From Ferroglobus placidus DSM 10642 (GTDB lineage: Archaea; Halobacteriota; Archaeoglobi; Archaeoglobales; Archaeoglobaceae), in contig NC_013849.1 in the NCBI RefSeq assembly GCF_000025505.1, positions 990,001 to 1,022,000 of the forward strand: a DNA stretch of 32,000 nucleotides. Direction: 5' to 3'. The position numbers and the translations under genes are program-made. Shown here piece after piece: positions 1-10,365 of this stretch. The notes under the pieces are model-generated. The model was given only the letters and a program-made list of their open reading frames with translations, was not told the origin of the DNA and searched no databases. Each line of letters starts with the position of its first letter. The stretch's first letter is position 1.

Positions 1-1056
1 CAAATTGAAGAGGGCGTTTTGTTTGGAGCTGGTGTTTGCGAGCTTGAGGTGGAGGTTGCCGAAAAACTTGTTGAGCTGATTCCTTCAGCTGAGATGGTTA
101 CCTTTGTTAATTCCGGCACGGAGGCGACGTATCACGCTATAAGGTTGTCGAGGGCTTACACGGAAAGGGAGAAGATAATCAAGTTCGAAGGCTGCTACCA
201 CGGCTGGCACGATTACGTGGCTTTCAACGTCAATCCACCCAAGGAGAAAATGGGAAGAATTTATCCTCAATCTAGAGGTATACTGAAGGCTGCTTACGAA
301 ACTACGACCGTTTTGCCCTTCAACGACAAGGAAGCTTTTGAAGAGTACATGGCTGAACACGGAGAAGAGGTCGCTGGAGTCATACTCGAGCCGATCCCCC
401 ACAGCGTTGGAGCGATAATTCCGAAAAGAGATTTCCTGAAAAGTTTGAGGAAGGAGACGAAAAGCTATGGATCTGTCTTAATCTTCGATGAGATAATAAC
501 AGCATTCAGACACAACATCCACGGAGTTCAAGAGGAATTCGGAGTAATTCCGGATTTAACCACGATAGGAAAATCTATGGGAAACGGCTATCCAGTAGCG
601 GCGATAGTGGGGAAAGAGGAGATAATGTCGCTGGTGCATAACGGAGTTCTCGTTTCCGGAACTTACAGCGGTCATCCAGCGTCACTTGCGGCTGTGAAAA
701 AGACAATAGAAGTTCTCGAAAGGGAGAAAGTTGTAGAATACATTTCCAAGCTTGGAGAGGAATATAGAAAAGCGATTAAAGATGTTATAGAGGATACGGA
801 AACAAAAGCGAGAGTCGTTGGTTACAAATCAATCTTCGCAATTCAGTTTGCCGAAGGAGAAGTCGTGGACTACTCTTCAGTCGTAGATGTCGACAGAGAG
901 AAGTTCAAAGCTTTTGCGGCGGAGATGAGAAAAAGAGGTATCTTTTTCACGCCGAATCCTCTCAAAAGGTGTCATCTCTCAGCCAAACATAGCGAAAAAG
1001 AGTTGGAGGAGTTCGTGTCTTCAGCTTTCGAAGTTTTGAGGCGAATTGATGCGTAG
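1..1056 (+). CDS. Class-III PLP-dependent aminotransferase, glutamate-1-semialdehyde 2,1-aminomutase-like; 5' end outside window
   Basis: The frame is open from base 1 (QIEEGVLFGAGVCELEVEVAEKLVE...). Family motifs: FVNSGTEATYHAIRLSRAYT, KFEGCYHGWHD, LIFDEIITAFR, TIGKSMGNGYPVAA (PLP lysine), SGTYSGHPASLAA. Not assigned to HemL proper. Confidence 0.85.
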   Translation, partial: QIEEGVLFGAGVCELEVEVAEKLVELIPSAEMVTFVNSGTEATYHAIRLSRAYTEREKIIKFEGCYHGWHDYVAFNVNPPKEKMGRIYPQSRGILKAAYETTTVLPFNDKEAFEEYMAEHGEEVAGVILEPIPHSVGAIIPKRDFLKSLRKETKSYGSVLIFDEIITAFRHNIHGVQEEFGVIPDLTTIGKSMGNGYPVAAIVGKEEIMSLVHNGVLVSGTYSGHPASLAAVKKTIEVLEREKVVEYISKLGEEYRKAIKDVIEDTETKARVVGYKSIFAIQFAEGEVVDYSSVVDVDREKFKAFAAEMRKRGIFFTPNPLKRCHLSAKHSEKELEEFVSSAFEVLRRIDA

Positions 1057-1103
1057 CTCTTTCTTAGTTACGTTTTTTAAACCTTCTTCAAAATTTTAGG
1101 GAG

Positions 1104-1859
1104 ATGGAGATAGCCATTCCCTCCTCAATCCTCGAGAACGAAAGCGATGATAAGATAAAGACGTTTAAAGTGGGAATAATCGGGAGGGCTGCAGCCATTT
1201 TCAGAGTCGAGAAGATATACATCTACAAAGATCCGAGTAGAGACGATTCGAATTTCATCTCCGAAATTTTAAGATATATGGAGACTCCGCAGTATCTGAG
1301 GAAGTATCTTTTCCCGAGAAGCGAGAAGCTGAGATATGCTGGAGTTTTACAGCCCCTCCAGATTCCTTCCCATAAGCCGAAACATTTAAAAGTCGGTGAA
1401 ATCAGAGAGGGGGTAATCGTCAAAGTTGCTGACGGCACCGCGTGGGCTGATATAGGAATGAAAGCCCTGGCCCTCTTTCGAGGAAAGGCTCGAAAGGGGG
1501 CCCGCGTGACCGTCAGGGTCTGTTCGACGAATCCGTTGGTAGTAGAAGAGGCGAAGCCCGAGGAGTATTGGGGCTTCAAGGTGGAGAAGTGCAGCTTGAA
1601 AAAGCTGCTGAAAAGGGAAGATGCGGTAGTAACTTCCAAGCTCGGATACCATCCGAGTGTGGATGAGATAAAAAAAGTGAATCTGCTCATATTTGGAAGT
1701 CCGAGTAAAGAGGTAAAGGAGATTGCGGACATACTGGGATTAGAATTCGAAGCTAAGATGTGGAACTTGATTCCGAAGCAAGGAGTGAGAAGTGTGAGGG
1801 TAGAGGAGGCTGTGATTAGCTGTCTTTCCGTAATCAATTTCATTAGGGAGGTGTATTGA
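1104..1859 (+). CDS. SPOUT-superfamily RNA methyltransferase (COG2106-like) preceding rpl3
   Basis: 251-aa ORF with an embedded OB-like region and a C-terminal SPOUT-like end (NLLIFGSPSKEV...WNLIPKQGVRSVRVEEAVISCLSVINF). Conserved position directly upstream of L3. Confidence 0.8.
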   Translation: MEIAIPSSILENESDDKIKTFKVGIIGRAAAIFRVEKIYIYKDPSRDDSNFISEILRYMETPQYLRKYLFPRSEKLRYAGVLQPLQIPSHKPKHLKVGEIREGVIVKVADGTAWADIGMKALALFRGKARKGARVTVRVCSTNPLVVEEAKPEEYWGFKVEKCSLKKLLKREDAVVTSKLGYHPSVDEIKKVNLLIFGSPSKEVKEIADILGLEFEAKMWNLIPKQGVRSVRVEEAVISCLSVINFIREVY

Positions 1860-2848
1860 TGAAGTACCACAGACCGAGAAGGGGTTCCCTCGGATTCTCT
1901 CCGAGAAAGAGAGCGAGTAGTATAATCCCGAGAATTAGAAGCTGGCCAGACTGCGATGAACCAAGACTTCTTGGATTTGCCGGCTACAAAGCGGGAATGA
2001 CCCACGTAATAATGATAGACGACAGAAAGAATTCGCCGACCTATGGAGAAGAGATAATGGTTCCGGTAACAGTTCTCGAAACTCCTCCGATGAAGGTGAT
2101 GGGGATAAGAGTTTACAGAAAAACCGTCTACGGACTGCAAATAGCTGGGGAAGTCTGGACTGACGAAGTCGACAGCTATCTCTCAAGAAGACTTCAGATT
2201 CCGAAGAAGAAAGGAGATGTTGACAAGCTGAAAGAGATTGATGATATTGCGGAGGTTAGAGTTATTACCTACACTCAACCCTACTTGATAACCGGAGTTC
2301 CGAAGAAGGTGCCGGACGTTATGGAACAGAAAGTAGGAGGGGACGTTGAAGCTGCTTTAAATTACGCTATAGAAAAGTTAGGAAAGGAGGTCAGGGTTAA
2401 CGAGGTCTTTAAAGAGGGGGCGTTTATCGACGTTTTAAGCATAACCAAAGGAAAGGGGTTCCAAGGACCGGTGAAAAGGTGGGGAGTAATTACGCTCGAC
2501 GCAAAGCATGCGAGAAGCAGCAAACACAGAAGGGTCGGAACTCTCGGTCCGTGGCATCCCCATAGAGTGAGGTGGACTGTTCCTCAAGCAGGTCAGATGG
2601 GGTTCCACCAGAGAACGGAATACAACAAGAGAATTCTGAAGATAGGGACGAACGGAGAGGACATAAATCCGGAAGGCGGATTTCTGCACTACGGTTTGGT
2701 AAGATCCGACTATGTCCTCGTTTCCGGTAGCGTTCCGGGGAGCGTGAAGAGGCTCGTTAGGATGAGAGACGCTATAAGACCTCCTCAGGCTGTGTATGAG
2801 GGAGTGAACATTCTGTATATTAGCAGAGCTTCGAAGCAGGGTAGGTGA
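1856..2848 (+). CDS. rpl3: 50S ribosomal protein L3
   Basis: 330 aa; YHRPRRGSLGFSPRKRAS, KGKGFQGPVKRWG, HRRVGTLGPWHPHRVRWTVPQAGQMGFHQRTEYNKRI. Confidence 0.98.
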   Translation: MMKYHRPRRGSLGFSPRKRASSIIPRIRSWPDCDEPRLLGFAGYKAGMTHVIMIDDRKNSPTYGEEIMVPVTVLETPPMKVMGIRVYRKTVYGLQIAGEVWTDEVDSYLSRRLQIPKKKGDVDKLKEIDDIAEVRVITYTQPYLITGVPKKVPDVMEQKVGGDVEAALNYAIEKLGKEVRVNEVFKEGAFIDVLSITKGKGFQGPVKRWGVITLDAKHARSSKHRRVGTLGPWHPHRVRWTVPQAGQMGFHQRTEYNKRILKIGTNGEDINPEGGFLHYGLVRSDYVLVSGSVPGSVKRLVRMRDAIRPPQAVYEGVNILYISRASKQGR

Positions 2849-2853
2849 TCGTG

Positions 2854-3609
2854 ATGAAAGCTAAGGTTTACAGCTTAACCGGAGAAGTTGTAGAAGAGAT
2901 CGAGCTGCCAGCTGCGTTTAACGAGGAGTTTAGACCGGATATAATAAGAAAAGCCGTTCACGCTATTCAAAGTCACAGAAGACAGCCTTACGGACCGAAT
3001 CCTTTAGCCGGAACCGATTACGCCTGGGAAAACTGGGGACCCGGCTACGGATACGCGAGAGTGCCGAGGTGGAAGCTCGGAAGGAGGGCTGTGGTAGTTC
3101 CTCAGGCTGTTGGAGGAAGGAGAGCTCATCCTCCGAAAGTTCAGAAGAAGTGGGCTGAAAAGATAAATAAGAAAGAGATGAGAAAAGCTTTGAGATCGGC
3201 TTTGGCAGCCACGATAAATGAAGAGATTGTTAGAGCGAGAAACCACGTTTTTGAAGGAGAACTGCCCAAGATAGTTGTGGACGATTTTGAAAACTTGAAG
3301 AAGACGAAAGAGATTATAGAAGTTTTCAAAGCCATTGGCGTTTACGCCGATGTCGAGAGGGCTAAGGAAAGGAAGAGGTACAGAGCCGGAAAAGGTAAGA
3401 TGAGGGGGAGGAGGTTCAAAACGAAGAAGAGCGTTCTCGTCGTTGTAAGCAAGGTTTGCGACGCTATGAAGGCTGCTAAAAACCTTGCTGGAGTCGATGT
3501 CGTTCTCGCTAAAGATCTTAACGTGGAGCTTTTAGCTCCCGGTGGACATGCTGGTAGACTGACAGTTTATACTAAATCCGCCATAGCCCAGCTGGGGGAG
3601 AGATTATGA
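2854..3609 (+). CDS. rpl4: 50S ribosomal protein L4 (archaeal L4e)
   Basis: RRQPYGPNPLAGTDYAWENWGPGYGYARVPR...VGGRRAHPPK; likely start ATG 2854 (the ORF track starts at 2845). Confidence 0.97.
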   Translation: MKAKVYSLTGEVVEEIELPAAFNEEFRPDIIRKAVHAIQSHRRQPYGPNPLAGTDYAWENWGPGYGYARVPRWKLGRRAVVVPQAVGGRRAHPPKVQKKWAEKINKKEMRKALRSALAATINEEIVRARNHVFEGELPKIVVDDFENLKKTKEIIEVFKAIGVYADVERAKERKRYRAGKGKMRGRRFKTKKSVLVVVSKVCDAMKAAKNLAGVDVVLAKDLNVELLAPGGHAGRLTVYTKSAIAQLGERL

Positions 3610-3854
3610 GGAAGATTAAGTGCTTTCTGATAACCGAAAAAAGCGTCTCGCTCCTTGAGAAAAACATAGTTACAGCCATAGTGGACATAAGGGCGAACAA
3701 AAAGGAGATAAAGAAGGATTTTGAGAAGCTCTTCGGAGTTGAAGTGGAAAGAGTGAACACACTAATAACTCCCAAGGGTGAGAAGAAAGCTTACATCAAG
3801 TTGAAGCCGGAATACTCGGCTGAGGAGTTGCTATCTAAGTTGGGTGTGTTCTGA
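3606..3854 (+). CDS. rpl23: 50S ribosomal protein L23
   Basis: 82 aa; KKDFEKLFGVEVERVNTLITPKGEKKAYIKL; correct operon position. Confidence 0.96.
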   Translation: MRKIKCFLITEKSVSLLEKNIVTAIVDIRANKKEIKKDFEKLFGVEVERVNTLITPKGEKKAYIKLKPEYSAEELLSKLGVF

Positions 3855-3864
3855 GGTGGTGTAA

Positions 3865-4578
3865 ATGGGTAAGAGAATTATTTCCCAAAACCGTGGAAGA
3901 GGAACGCCGACTTACACAGCTCCCTCTCACAAGTATAAGGCTGAAGCCAAGCACATTCCTTTTAAAGACGAGGTTGTTAGGGCGGAGGTTATTGACATCG
4001 TTCACGATCCCGCAAGAAACGGTCCTCTGGCTTTGGTAAGATTTGAGGACGGAAGCAAAGGATACGTTCTGGCTGTAGAGGGAATTGGCACCGGCGATAT
4101 AATAGAAGCTGGAGAAAATGTTGAGATAAAGCCCGGAAATATAACGTATCTTAAGAACATCCCCGAAGGTGTGCCGATTTGCAACATAGAAAACATTCCC
4201 TTCGACGGAGGAAGATTTGCGAGAGCAAGCGGGACTTTTGGATTTGTTGTCGCTCACGAGGAAGACAGAGTTCTCGTTCAGCTTCCCTCGGGAAAGATGA
4301 AGTGGCTCGATCCTAAGTGTAGGGCAATGATTGGAGTTGTAGCTGGAGGAGGAAGAACGGATAAGCCTTTCGTAAAAGCTGGAAAGAAATACCACAAGAT
4401 GAAGAGTAAGGCGGCCAAGTGGCCTCGCGTTAGAGGAGTTGCGATGAACGCAGTTGACCATCCTTTCGGTGGGGGTAAGCACCAGCACGTTGGTAGACCT
4501 AAAACTGTTAGTAGAAACGCTCCTCCGGGTAGGAAGGTAGGTAGTATAGCTGCGAGAAGAACGGGGGTGAGGAAGTAA
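3865..4578 (+). CDS. rpl2: 50S ribosomal protein L2
   Basis: [25 protein letters not shown]...[26 protein letters not shown]. Confidence 0.98.
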   Translation: MGKRIISQNRGRGTPTYTAPSHKYKAEAKHIPFKDEVVRAEVIDIVHDPARNGPLALVRFEDGSKGYVLAVEGIGTGDIIEAGENVEIKPGNITYLKNIPEGVPICNIENIPFDGGRFARASGTFGFVVAHEEDRVLVQLPSGKMKWLDPKCRAMIGVVAGGGRTDKPFVKAGKKYHKMKSKAAKWPRVRGVAMNAVDHPFGGGKHQHVGRPKTVSRNAPPGRKVGSIAARRTGVRK

Positions 4579-4979
4579 TGGCGTTAAAGAGTAAGGTTGT
4601 TAGACCGAGAGAATTCAGGTATCGCGGTTACACTCTCGAAGAACTTCAGAAAATGACCCTTGAGCAAATAGCCGAGTTGCTTCCGGCAAGGGAGAGAAGA
4701 AAGCTAAAGAGGGGTTTAACCGAGCAGGAGGAAAAACTTCTCAAAAAATTGAGGAAGAAGGGAGATGCGAGAACCCACTGCAGGGACATGGTGATTTTGC
4801 CGGAAATGGTTGGAAAAGTCGTTTACGTGCACAACGGAAAGGAGTTCGTCAGGGTCGAGATAAAGCCGGAAATGATCGGTCACAGACTTGGCGAATTTGC
4901 TCAAACGAGAAAGTTCGAGAAGCATTCTGGACCTGGAGTTGGAGCTACGAGAAGCAGTAAATACGTGCCGCTGAAGTGA
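4578..4979 (+). CDS. rps19: 30S ribosomal protein S19
   Basis: [16 protein letters not shown]...[25 protein letters not shown]...[10 protein letters not shown]. Confidence 0.97.
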   Translation: MALKSKVVRPREFRYRGYTLEELQKMTLEQIAELLPARERRKLKRGLTEQEEKLLKKLRKKGDARTHCRDMVILPEMVGKVVYVHNGKEFVRVEIKPEMIGHRLGEFAQTRKFEKHSGPGVGATRSSKYVPLK

Positions 4980-4985
4980 TGGCTT

Positions 4986-5447
4986 ATGGCGCGAGTTAAG
5001 TACGCTTACGAGCCGAAGGACGAGCTGAATTCGGCGAAAGCAATGGGCTACGAAATGGACATTAGTTTCAAGCACGCTGTTGAGATTTGCAGGGAATTGA
5101 AGGGGAAGAAGATAGACGAGGCTATAAAATACCTCGAAGAAGTCATAGAAATGAAGAGAGCGGTTCCTTTCAGAAAGTACAAGAAAAAGGTGGCTCACAG
5201 AAGCGGTTTGCAGAAGTGGTACGCTGGAAGATATCCCGTTAAGGCTGCGAAGCACATACTGAAAGTTCTGAAGAACTTGAAAGCTAACGCAGAGTACAAG
5301 GGGTTGGACGTCGATAAGCTCGTAATAACCCACGCTCAGGCTAAGAAAGGGAGGGTTCTGAAGAAGTACACGCCAAGGGCTTTTGGAAGGGCTACACCTT
5401 GGTTTAAAGTTCTCACTACAGTAGAGTTCGTGGCAGAGGTGAGGTGA
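4986..5447 (+). CDS. rpl22: 50S ribosomal protein L22
   Basis: SFKHAVEICRELKGKKIDEAIKYLEEVIEMKRAVPFRKY...GRYPVKAAKHILKVLKN. Confidence 0.97.
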   Translation: MARVKYAYEPKDELNSAKAMGYEMDISFKHAVEICRELKGKKIDEAIKYLEEVIEMKRAVPFRKYKKKVAHRSGLQKWYAGRYPVKAAKHILKVLKNLKANAEYKGLDVDKLVITHAQAKKGRVLKKYTPRAFGRATPWFKVLTTVEFVAEVR

Positions 5448-6118
5448 TGGCAGTAGAGAGGAAGTTCATAGAGGATAAAGTGAAGAAGCTCATGGTTAAG
5501 GAGTGGATAGTAGAAGAAGTGAGAAATGCTGGTTTCGGAGGATTGGATATAGTCAGAACTCCTCTCGGCACCCAAGTCACTCTCTTCGTCGAAAGACCGG
5601 GACTTGTTATAGGAAGAGGAGGAAGAAGGATAAAGGCTCTGACAGAAAAGCTAAAAGAGTTCGGCTTGGACAATCCGCAGATAAGCGTGGATGAGATAGA
5701 CAAACCAGAATTTAACGCCCAGCTAATGGCGTCGCTTCTGGCGAGAGCTTTAGAGAGAGGGTGGTACTTCAGAAAAGCCGGATACAGATTCCTTTACAGA
5801 ATAATGGAGGCTGGAGCAAAGGGCTGCGAAATAGAGATAAGCGGAAAGCTGACGAGCGAGAGGGCGAGAACCGAAAAGTTCATCGCCGGAACTATAATCC
5901 ACACCGGAGATCCAGCCATAACATGCGTGAGGGAAGGATTCGACATAGCGATAAAGAAGCTCGGTGTTTACGGAGTTAGAGTGAGAATAATCCCGCCAGA
6001 TGCGGAGCTGCCAGACGAATTCGTCGTTAAAGATGTGCCAGTGGAGCAGTTGAAGGAGGTTAAAGCAGAAGAGGGAGGTGAAGGCAGTGAAGATGGAGGA
6101 GATCAGGCAAATGAGTAG
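5447..6118 (+). CDS. rps3: 30S ribosomal protein S3
   Basis: KH-domain segment RTPLGTQVTLFVERPGLVIGRGGRRIKALTEKL; GAKGCEIEISGKLTSERARTEKF. Acidic C-terminal tail. Confidence 0.97.
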   Translation: MAVERKFIEDKVKKLMVKEWIVEEVRNAGFGGLDIVRTPLGTQVTLFVERPGLVIGRGGRRIKALTEKLKEFGLDNPQISVDEIDKPEFNAQLMASLLARALERGWYFRKAGYRFLYRIMEAGAKGCEIEISGKLTSERARTEKFIAGTIIHTGDPAITCVREGFDIAIKKLGVYGVRVRIIPPDAELPDEFVVKDVPVEQLKEVKAEEGGEGSEDGGDQANE

Positions 6119-6284
6119 AGAAGAGAAACTAAAAAAATTGGAGGAGCTGGAGAGAGAACTGATAAGGCTCAGAACGCTGGTGAGGAGCGGAGGGTCTCTG
6201 GAGAACCCTATGCAGATAAGGGCTGTAAAAAAGGACATAGCAAGGCTAAAGCTGGCGTTAAGAGAAGAAGGTTACAGGGTGTAG
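6087..6284 (+). CDS. rpl29: 50S ribosomal protein L29
   Basis: EEIRQMSREEKLKKLEELERELIRLRTLVRSGGSLENPMQIRAVKKDIARLKL. SD-like GGAGGTG at 6074-6080 favours GTG 6087 (alternatives 6078, 6093). Confidence 0.93.
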   Translation: MKMEEIRQMSREEKLKKLEELERELIRLRTLVRSGGSLENPMQIRAVKKDIARLKLALREEGYRV

Positions 6285-6286
6285 AA

Positions 6287-6562
6287 GTGTTGGCGAGAGA
6301 CTGGATAGGAATGAAAGTGGAAGTTATCGAAAGTCCGAATCCGTGTGAAGTGGGAATTAAAGGAGAGGTTGTAGACGAGACTATGAACACTCTGAAGGTA
6401 AAAACGGAGAAAGGAGTCAAGACGATAATTAAGAAAGGTAGGTGGTTCAAAGTTTACGCGGATAAGGTTTATAAGGTGAAAGGTGATTTGATCAATTTCA
6501 GACCCGAGGAGAGGATAATGAGAGGAATAATCATGCTAAAAAGGAGGAAGGTAGTATGGTGA
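6287..6562 (+). CDS. rnp1: Ribonuclease P protein component 1 (Rpp29/Rnp1 family)
   Basis: 91 aa; [47 protein letters not shown]; located between L29 and S17 as in many archaea. Confidence 0.92.
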   Translation: MLARDWIGMKVEVIESPNPCEVGIKGEVVDETMNTLKVKTEKGVKTIIKKGRWFKVYADKVYKVKGDLINFRPEERIMRGIIMLKRRKVVW

Positions 6563-6876
6563 GAGATATAGGCTTGAACGTTAAGGCTCCGGAGAAGGAG
6601 TGTGATGATAAAAACTGTCCGTTTCACGGTAATCTGTCGGTGAGAGGACAGATACTCACCGGAAGAGTAGTGAAAAGTTACATGAAGACGGCAGTAATCG
6701 AAAGAGAGCTGATAAAATACGTGCCAAAGTACGAGAGGTACATGAAGAAGAGAAGTAAGCTTCACGCCCACAACCCGCCGTGCATAGATGCTAAGCCTGG
6801 AGACATAGTCACGATTGCCGAATGTAGACCGATAAGCAAGACGAAGAGCTTCGTAATCGTGGAGGTGAAGAGATGA
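6556..6876 (+). CDS. rps17: 30S ribosomal protein S17
   Basis: [31 protein letters not shown]...[32 protein letters not shown]. Confidence 0.97.
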   Translation: MVRDIGLNVKAPEKECDDKNCPFHGNLSVRGQILTGRVVKSYMKTAVIERELIKYVPKYERYMKKRSKLHAHNPPCIDAKPGDIVTIAECRPISKTKSFVIVEVKR

Positions 6877-7271
6877 AGGCAAAGAAGGCTGTTGTGCCGA
6901 GAGCTTTGCCTACAGGAGCTCGTTTAGTATGTGCCGACAACACCGGAGCGAGGGAGCTCGAAATAATAGCTGTGAAGGGGTACAAGGGAGTTAGGAGAAG
7001 GTATCCGGCTGCTGGAGTGGGAGACATAGTTGTCGTGAGCGTGAAGAAGGGGACTCCAGATATAAGGAAGCAGGTTCATTACGCCGTAATAGTAAGGCAG
7101 AGGAAAGAGTACAGAAGACCAGACGGCACGAGAGTGAGATTTGAGGACAACGCTGCCGTGATTACGGATGCAGAGGGAAACCCGAAGGGTAGCGAGATTA
7201 GAGGTCCGGTTGCGAGAGAAGCTGCCGAAAGATTTCCGAAGATAGGTACTATAGCTTCCATAATCGTGTGA
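6873..7271 (+). CDS. rpl14: 50S ribosomal protein L14
   Basis: [22 protein letters not shown]...[15 protein letters not shown]...[32 protein letters not shown]. Confidence 0.98.
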   Translation: MKAKKAVVPRALPTGARLVCADNTGARELEIIAVKGYKGVRRRYPAAGVGDIVVVSVKKGTPDIRKQVHYAVIVRQRKEYRRPDGTRVRFEDNAAVITDAEGNPKGSEIRGPVAREAAERFPKIGTIASIIV

Positions 7272-7280
7272 GGTGAGGTC

Positions 7281-7643
7281 ATGCCGGTTCCGAAGTCCAA
7301 ACAGCCAAGAAAGCAGAGGAGATGGTTGTTCAAGTTAGCAAAGCTTCACGAAAAGCACAGGCTTCTTCACGCTACTCTCTCGAAAGAGCTTAGAGAGAAG
7401 TACGGAAAGAGAGCTATAAGAGTGAGAAAGGGAGACAAAGTTAAGATACTCAGGGGAGACTTCAAAGGACACGTCGGTAAGGTTGTAGAGGTTGATATGA
7501 AGAGAGTTAGAATTTACGTGGAGGGAGTTACGAATAAAAAAGCTGACGGAACGGAGGTTCTCGTTCCGATTCACCCTTCAAACGTGATGATAGTAGAGCT
7601 CGGGGAAGTGGATGAAGTTAGAAAGAAAATACTTGAGAGGTGA
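7281..7643 (+). CDS. rpl24: 50S ribosomal protein L24 (archaeal L24/L26e)
   Basis: [63 protein letters not shown]. Confidence 0.97.
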   Translation: MPVPKSKQPRKQRRWLFKLAKLHEKHRLLHATLSKELREKYGKRAIRVRKGDKVKILRGDFKGHVGKVVEVDMKRVRIYVEGVTNKKADGTEVLVPIHPSNVMIVELGEVDEVRKKILER

Positions 7644-7648
7644 TGCTC

Positions 7649-8347
7649 ATGCATCAAAAGAGACTTTCCGCTCCTAAGACGATTAAAGTTCCGAGGAAAG
7701 TTAGCAAGTGGATAGTTAAACCTTCTCCCGGACCCCACAACAAAGAAGCCGTACCTCTTCTCGTTATAGTTAGAGACTACCTCCAGCTTGCAGATACGGC
7801 AAGAGAGGCGAGAAGAATTATTGCCGCCGGAGAAATCCTCGTCGACGGCGTTCCAAGAAAGGACTACAAGTTCCCGGTTGGGCTTTTTGATGTAGTTAGC
7901 GTTCCAAAGCTCGACCTAAACTACAGAATAGTTTTCGACGAAAAGGGGAGGTACGTTCCAATCGAGATCACCGATCCGGATTTGAAGCTCTACAAGATTA
8001 CCGGAAAGACGATGGTTAAGGGAGGAAGAATTCAGCTGAATTTATTTGACGGAACTAACATTCTGGCGAGTAACGAATACAAGACGAAAGACAGCATTTT
8101 GATGAAAATTCCGGAAAAGGAAATAGTCGATCACCTAAAATTCGAGGAAGGAGCATTGGTTATGGTTACTGGCGGAACTCACGCTGGAGAAATTGGAATT
8201 CTGAAGGAGTACAAAATCGTTAGAAGTTCCGCTCCAAACCTCGTGACGATAGAAGTAGAAGGTAACGAGTTCACGACGATTGAAGATTACGTCTTCGTGA
8301 TAGGGAAGAAGGGAGAGACAAAGCCGGTTATTCAGCTGGGGGTGTGA
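7649..8347 (+). CDS. rps4e: 30S ribosomal protein S4e
   Basis: HQKRLSAPKTIKVPRKVSKWIVKPSPGPHNKEAVPLLVIVRDYL...AGEILVDGVPRKDYKFPVGLFDVV. Confidence 0.98.
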   Translation: MHQKRLSAPKTIKVPRKVSKWIVKPSPGPHNKEAVPLLVIVRDYLQLADTAREARRIIAAGEILVDGVPRKDYKFPVGLFDVVSVPKLDLNYRIVFDEKGRYVPIEITDPDLKLYKITGKTMVKGGRIQLNLFDGTNILASNEYKTKDSILMKIPEKEIVDHLKFEEGALVMVTGGTHAGEIGILKEYKIVRSSAPNLVTIEVEGNEFTTIEDYVFVIGKKGETKPVIQLGV

Positions 8348-8359
8348 TGAGTGAACCCA

Positions 8360-8851
8360 ATGAGGGAAGTGCTCATCGACAAAGTCGTGATAAACATCGG
8401 CGTTGGTGAGAGCGGAGAGAGGCAGAAGAAGGCTTTAAAGCTGCTTGAAGAGCTTACCGGGCAAACTCCTACTTCGACCTACGCTAAAAAGACGATAAAG
8501 AACTTTGGAATTAGAAAGGGTGAGCCGATAGGAGCTAAGGTTACGCTCAGAGGTGAGAAAGCTTTAGAATTTCTCAAAAAGGCGCTGGTTGTTAAAGAAA
8601 ACAGGTTGAGCTCGAGACAGATAGGGGAAGGCGAATTTTCCTTCGGAATTCAGGAACACATAGACATCCCGGGAGTTGAGTACGATCCCGACATGGGCAT
8701 TTTCGGGCTTCAGGTTTGCTGCGTGCTTAAAAGAAGAGGTTACAGAGTGGAGGAGAGAAGGAGATGCAGATCGAAGGTTGGTAGGAAGCATAGAGTAACT
8801 AAAGAGGATACTATCGAATTTCTTAAATCCCTCGGAGTGGAGGTGGAGTGA
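8360..8851 (+). CDS. rpl5: 50S ribosomal protein L5
   Basis: [61 protein letters not shown]; likely ATG start 8360 (the ORF track uses GTG 8351). Confidence 0.96.
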   Translation: MREVLIDKVVINIGVGESGERQKKALKLLEELTGQTPTSTYAKKTIKNFGIRKGEPIGAKVTLRGEKALEFLKKALVVKENRLSSRQIGEGEFSFGIQEHIDIPGVEYDPDMGIFGLQVCCVLKRRGYRVEERRRCRSKVGRKHRVTKEDTIEFLKSLGVEVE

Positions 8852-8852
8852 T

Positions 8853-9008
8853 ATGGCTAAAGAGAGAAAGAAGAAATTCGGAAGAGCAGCAAATCCCTGC
8901 AGGAGATGTGGAAGAAAAGCCGGAATCGTTAGGAGGTACGGAATCTACCTTTGCAGACAGTGCTTTAGGGAGGTTGCTGCCGAGCTTGGATTTAAGAAGT
9001 ACTGGTGA
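8853..9008 (+). CDS. rps14: 30S ribosomal protein S14 (type Z, zinc-binding)
   Basis: Not in the supplied ORF track. Manual translation: [51 protein letters not shown]; zinc motif CRRC...CRQC; sits between L5 and S8. Confidence 0.97.
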   Translation: MAKERKKKFGRAANPCRRCGRKAGIVRRYGIYLCRQCFREVAAELGFKKYW

Positions 9009-9018
9009 GGTGGTTTGA

Positions 9019-9408
9019 ATGCTTCACGATACTCTCTCAAATGCCATGAGCGCTATCAAAAATGCGGAAATGGTTGGAAAGAAGAAGGTAGAGATAAAAC
9101 CGGCTTCGAAACTCATAGGAAACGTTCTCAGAGTTATGCAGGAACACGGATACATAGGGGGCTTCGAATACATTGATGATCACAGAGGGGGAAAGTTCAT
9201 AGTCACCCTTCTCGGAAAAATAAACGACTGCGGAGCTATAAGACCAAGATACTCCGTGAAGAGAACTGAATACGAAAAGTTCGAGAAAAGATACCTGCCA
9301 GCGAGAGATTTCGGAATTTTGATCGTCTCTACAACGCAGGGAGTTATGTCGCAAAAAGAGGCTATAGAAAGGGGATTGGGGGGTGTGCTCCTTGCTTACG
9401 TCTATTGA
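9019..9408 (+). CDS. rps8: 30S ribosomal protein S8
   Basis: [51 protein letters not shown]...[19 protein letters not shown]. Confidence 0.97.
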   Translation: MLHDTLSNAMSAIKNAEMVGKKKVEIKPASKLIGNVLRVMQEHGYIGGFEYIDDHRGGKFIVTLLGKINDCGAIRPRYSVKRTEYEKFEKRYLPARDFGILIVSTTQGVMSQKEAIERGLGGVLLAYVY

Positions 9409-9943
9409 AGAGAGATTCGTGGAAATTCCAGAAGGCGTTGAGGTGGAAGTTGACGGAAACGATGTGGCAGGATACAGAGTGAAGGCGAAAGGACCCCTCG
9501 GAGAGAACGAGAGAGTTCTAAAGTTCAGGGGGGTTTACATAGAAAAGCTGGACGGCAAAGTTAGAGTTTTCACGAACAACAAGAGGAAAAAGCTTAAGGC
9601 GATGGTTGGCACCTTTGCGACGCATATAGAAAACCTCGTTAGAGGAGTCAAAGAGGGTTTCGAATACAAGCTCAAAATCGTTTACTCTCACTTCCCGATG
9701 AAGGTTAGGGTTGAAGGTAATGAAGTCGTAATCGAAAACTTCCTCGGAGAAAAGCATCCGAGGAGAGCTAAGATAGTCGGTAGAGCTAAGGTAACGGTAT
9801 CCGGAAACGAAATAACCGTGAGCGGAATAGACATCGAAGAGTGCGGGCAGACTGCCGCGAACATCGAACAGGCTACGAGGATAAAGAGGTTGGATGTCAG
9901 AGTATTTCAGGACGGTATTTACATAGTTAAAAAGCCCGACTGA
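9383..9943 (+). CDS. rpl6: 50S ribosomal protein L6
   Basis: [34 protein letters not shown]...[24 protein letters not shown]. Exact start uncertain (GTG 9383, TTG 9392 or GTG 9419). Confidence 0.95.
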   Translation: MCSLLTSIEERFVEIPEGVEVEVDGNDVAGYRVKAKGPLGENERVLKFRGVYIEKLDGKVRVFTNNKRKKLKAMVGTFATHIENLVRGVKEGFEYKLKIVYSHFPMKVRVEGNEVVIENFLGEKHPRRAKIVGRAKVTVSGNEITVSGIDIEECGQTAANIEQATRIKRLDVRVFQDGIYIVKKPD

Positions 9944-9952
9944 GGTGATAGC

Positions 9953-10360
9953 ATGGCGAAGCTCAGCAAGGAGCAAATAAGACTCCTGAAGGTTAGGAGG
10001 GTTATAAAATCCAAAAAGCCCGAATTCAGACACTTCGCCTGGAGAACAAAGTTAAAGTTAAGGAGACTCGGCTGGAGGAGACCGAGGGGGAGGCACAACA
10101 AGTGGAGGCTGAGAATAGGAGGGAAGTGGAGCGGAATGTATCACCCTTCTCCAGCTTTCAGCTCGCCAAAACTCGTTAGAGGATTGCACCCAAGCGGATA
10201 CGAAGAAGTTCTCATTTACAACGTCAAGGACCTTGAAAAGATAGATCCCGAACGACAGGCTGCAAGAATAGCGTCGTGTGTCGGTTTAAAGAAGAGGCTT
10301 CAGATTGAGGAGAAAGCTAAGGAGCTTAACATCGTAATCCTCAATCCGACTAAAAGGTGA
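9953..10360 (+). CDS. rpl32e: 50S ribosomal protein L32e
   Basis: PEFRHFAWRTKLKLRRLGWRRPRGRHNKWRLRIGGKW...HPSGYEEVLIYN. Confidence 0.97.
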   Translation: MAKLSKEQIRLLKVRRVIKSKKPEFRHFAWRTKLKLRRLGWRRPRGRHNKWRLRIGGKWSGMYHPSPAFSSPKLVRGLHPSGYEEVLIYNVKDLEKIDPERQAARIASCVGLKKRLQIEEKAKELNIVILNPTKR

Positions 10361-10365
10361 TGGCA

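Noticed and set aside
1223-2140. Long antisense ORF (305 aa) over the SPOUT and L3 genes, plus other - strand ORFs throughout 1-16500
   Set aside because: They lie opposite strongly identified genes, have low-complexity Ser/Leu/Phe-rich translations and no recognisable domains. They look like shadow ORFs of a G/A-rich coding strand.
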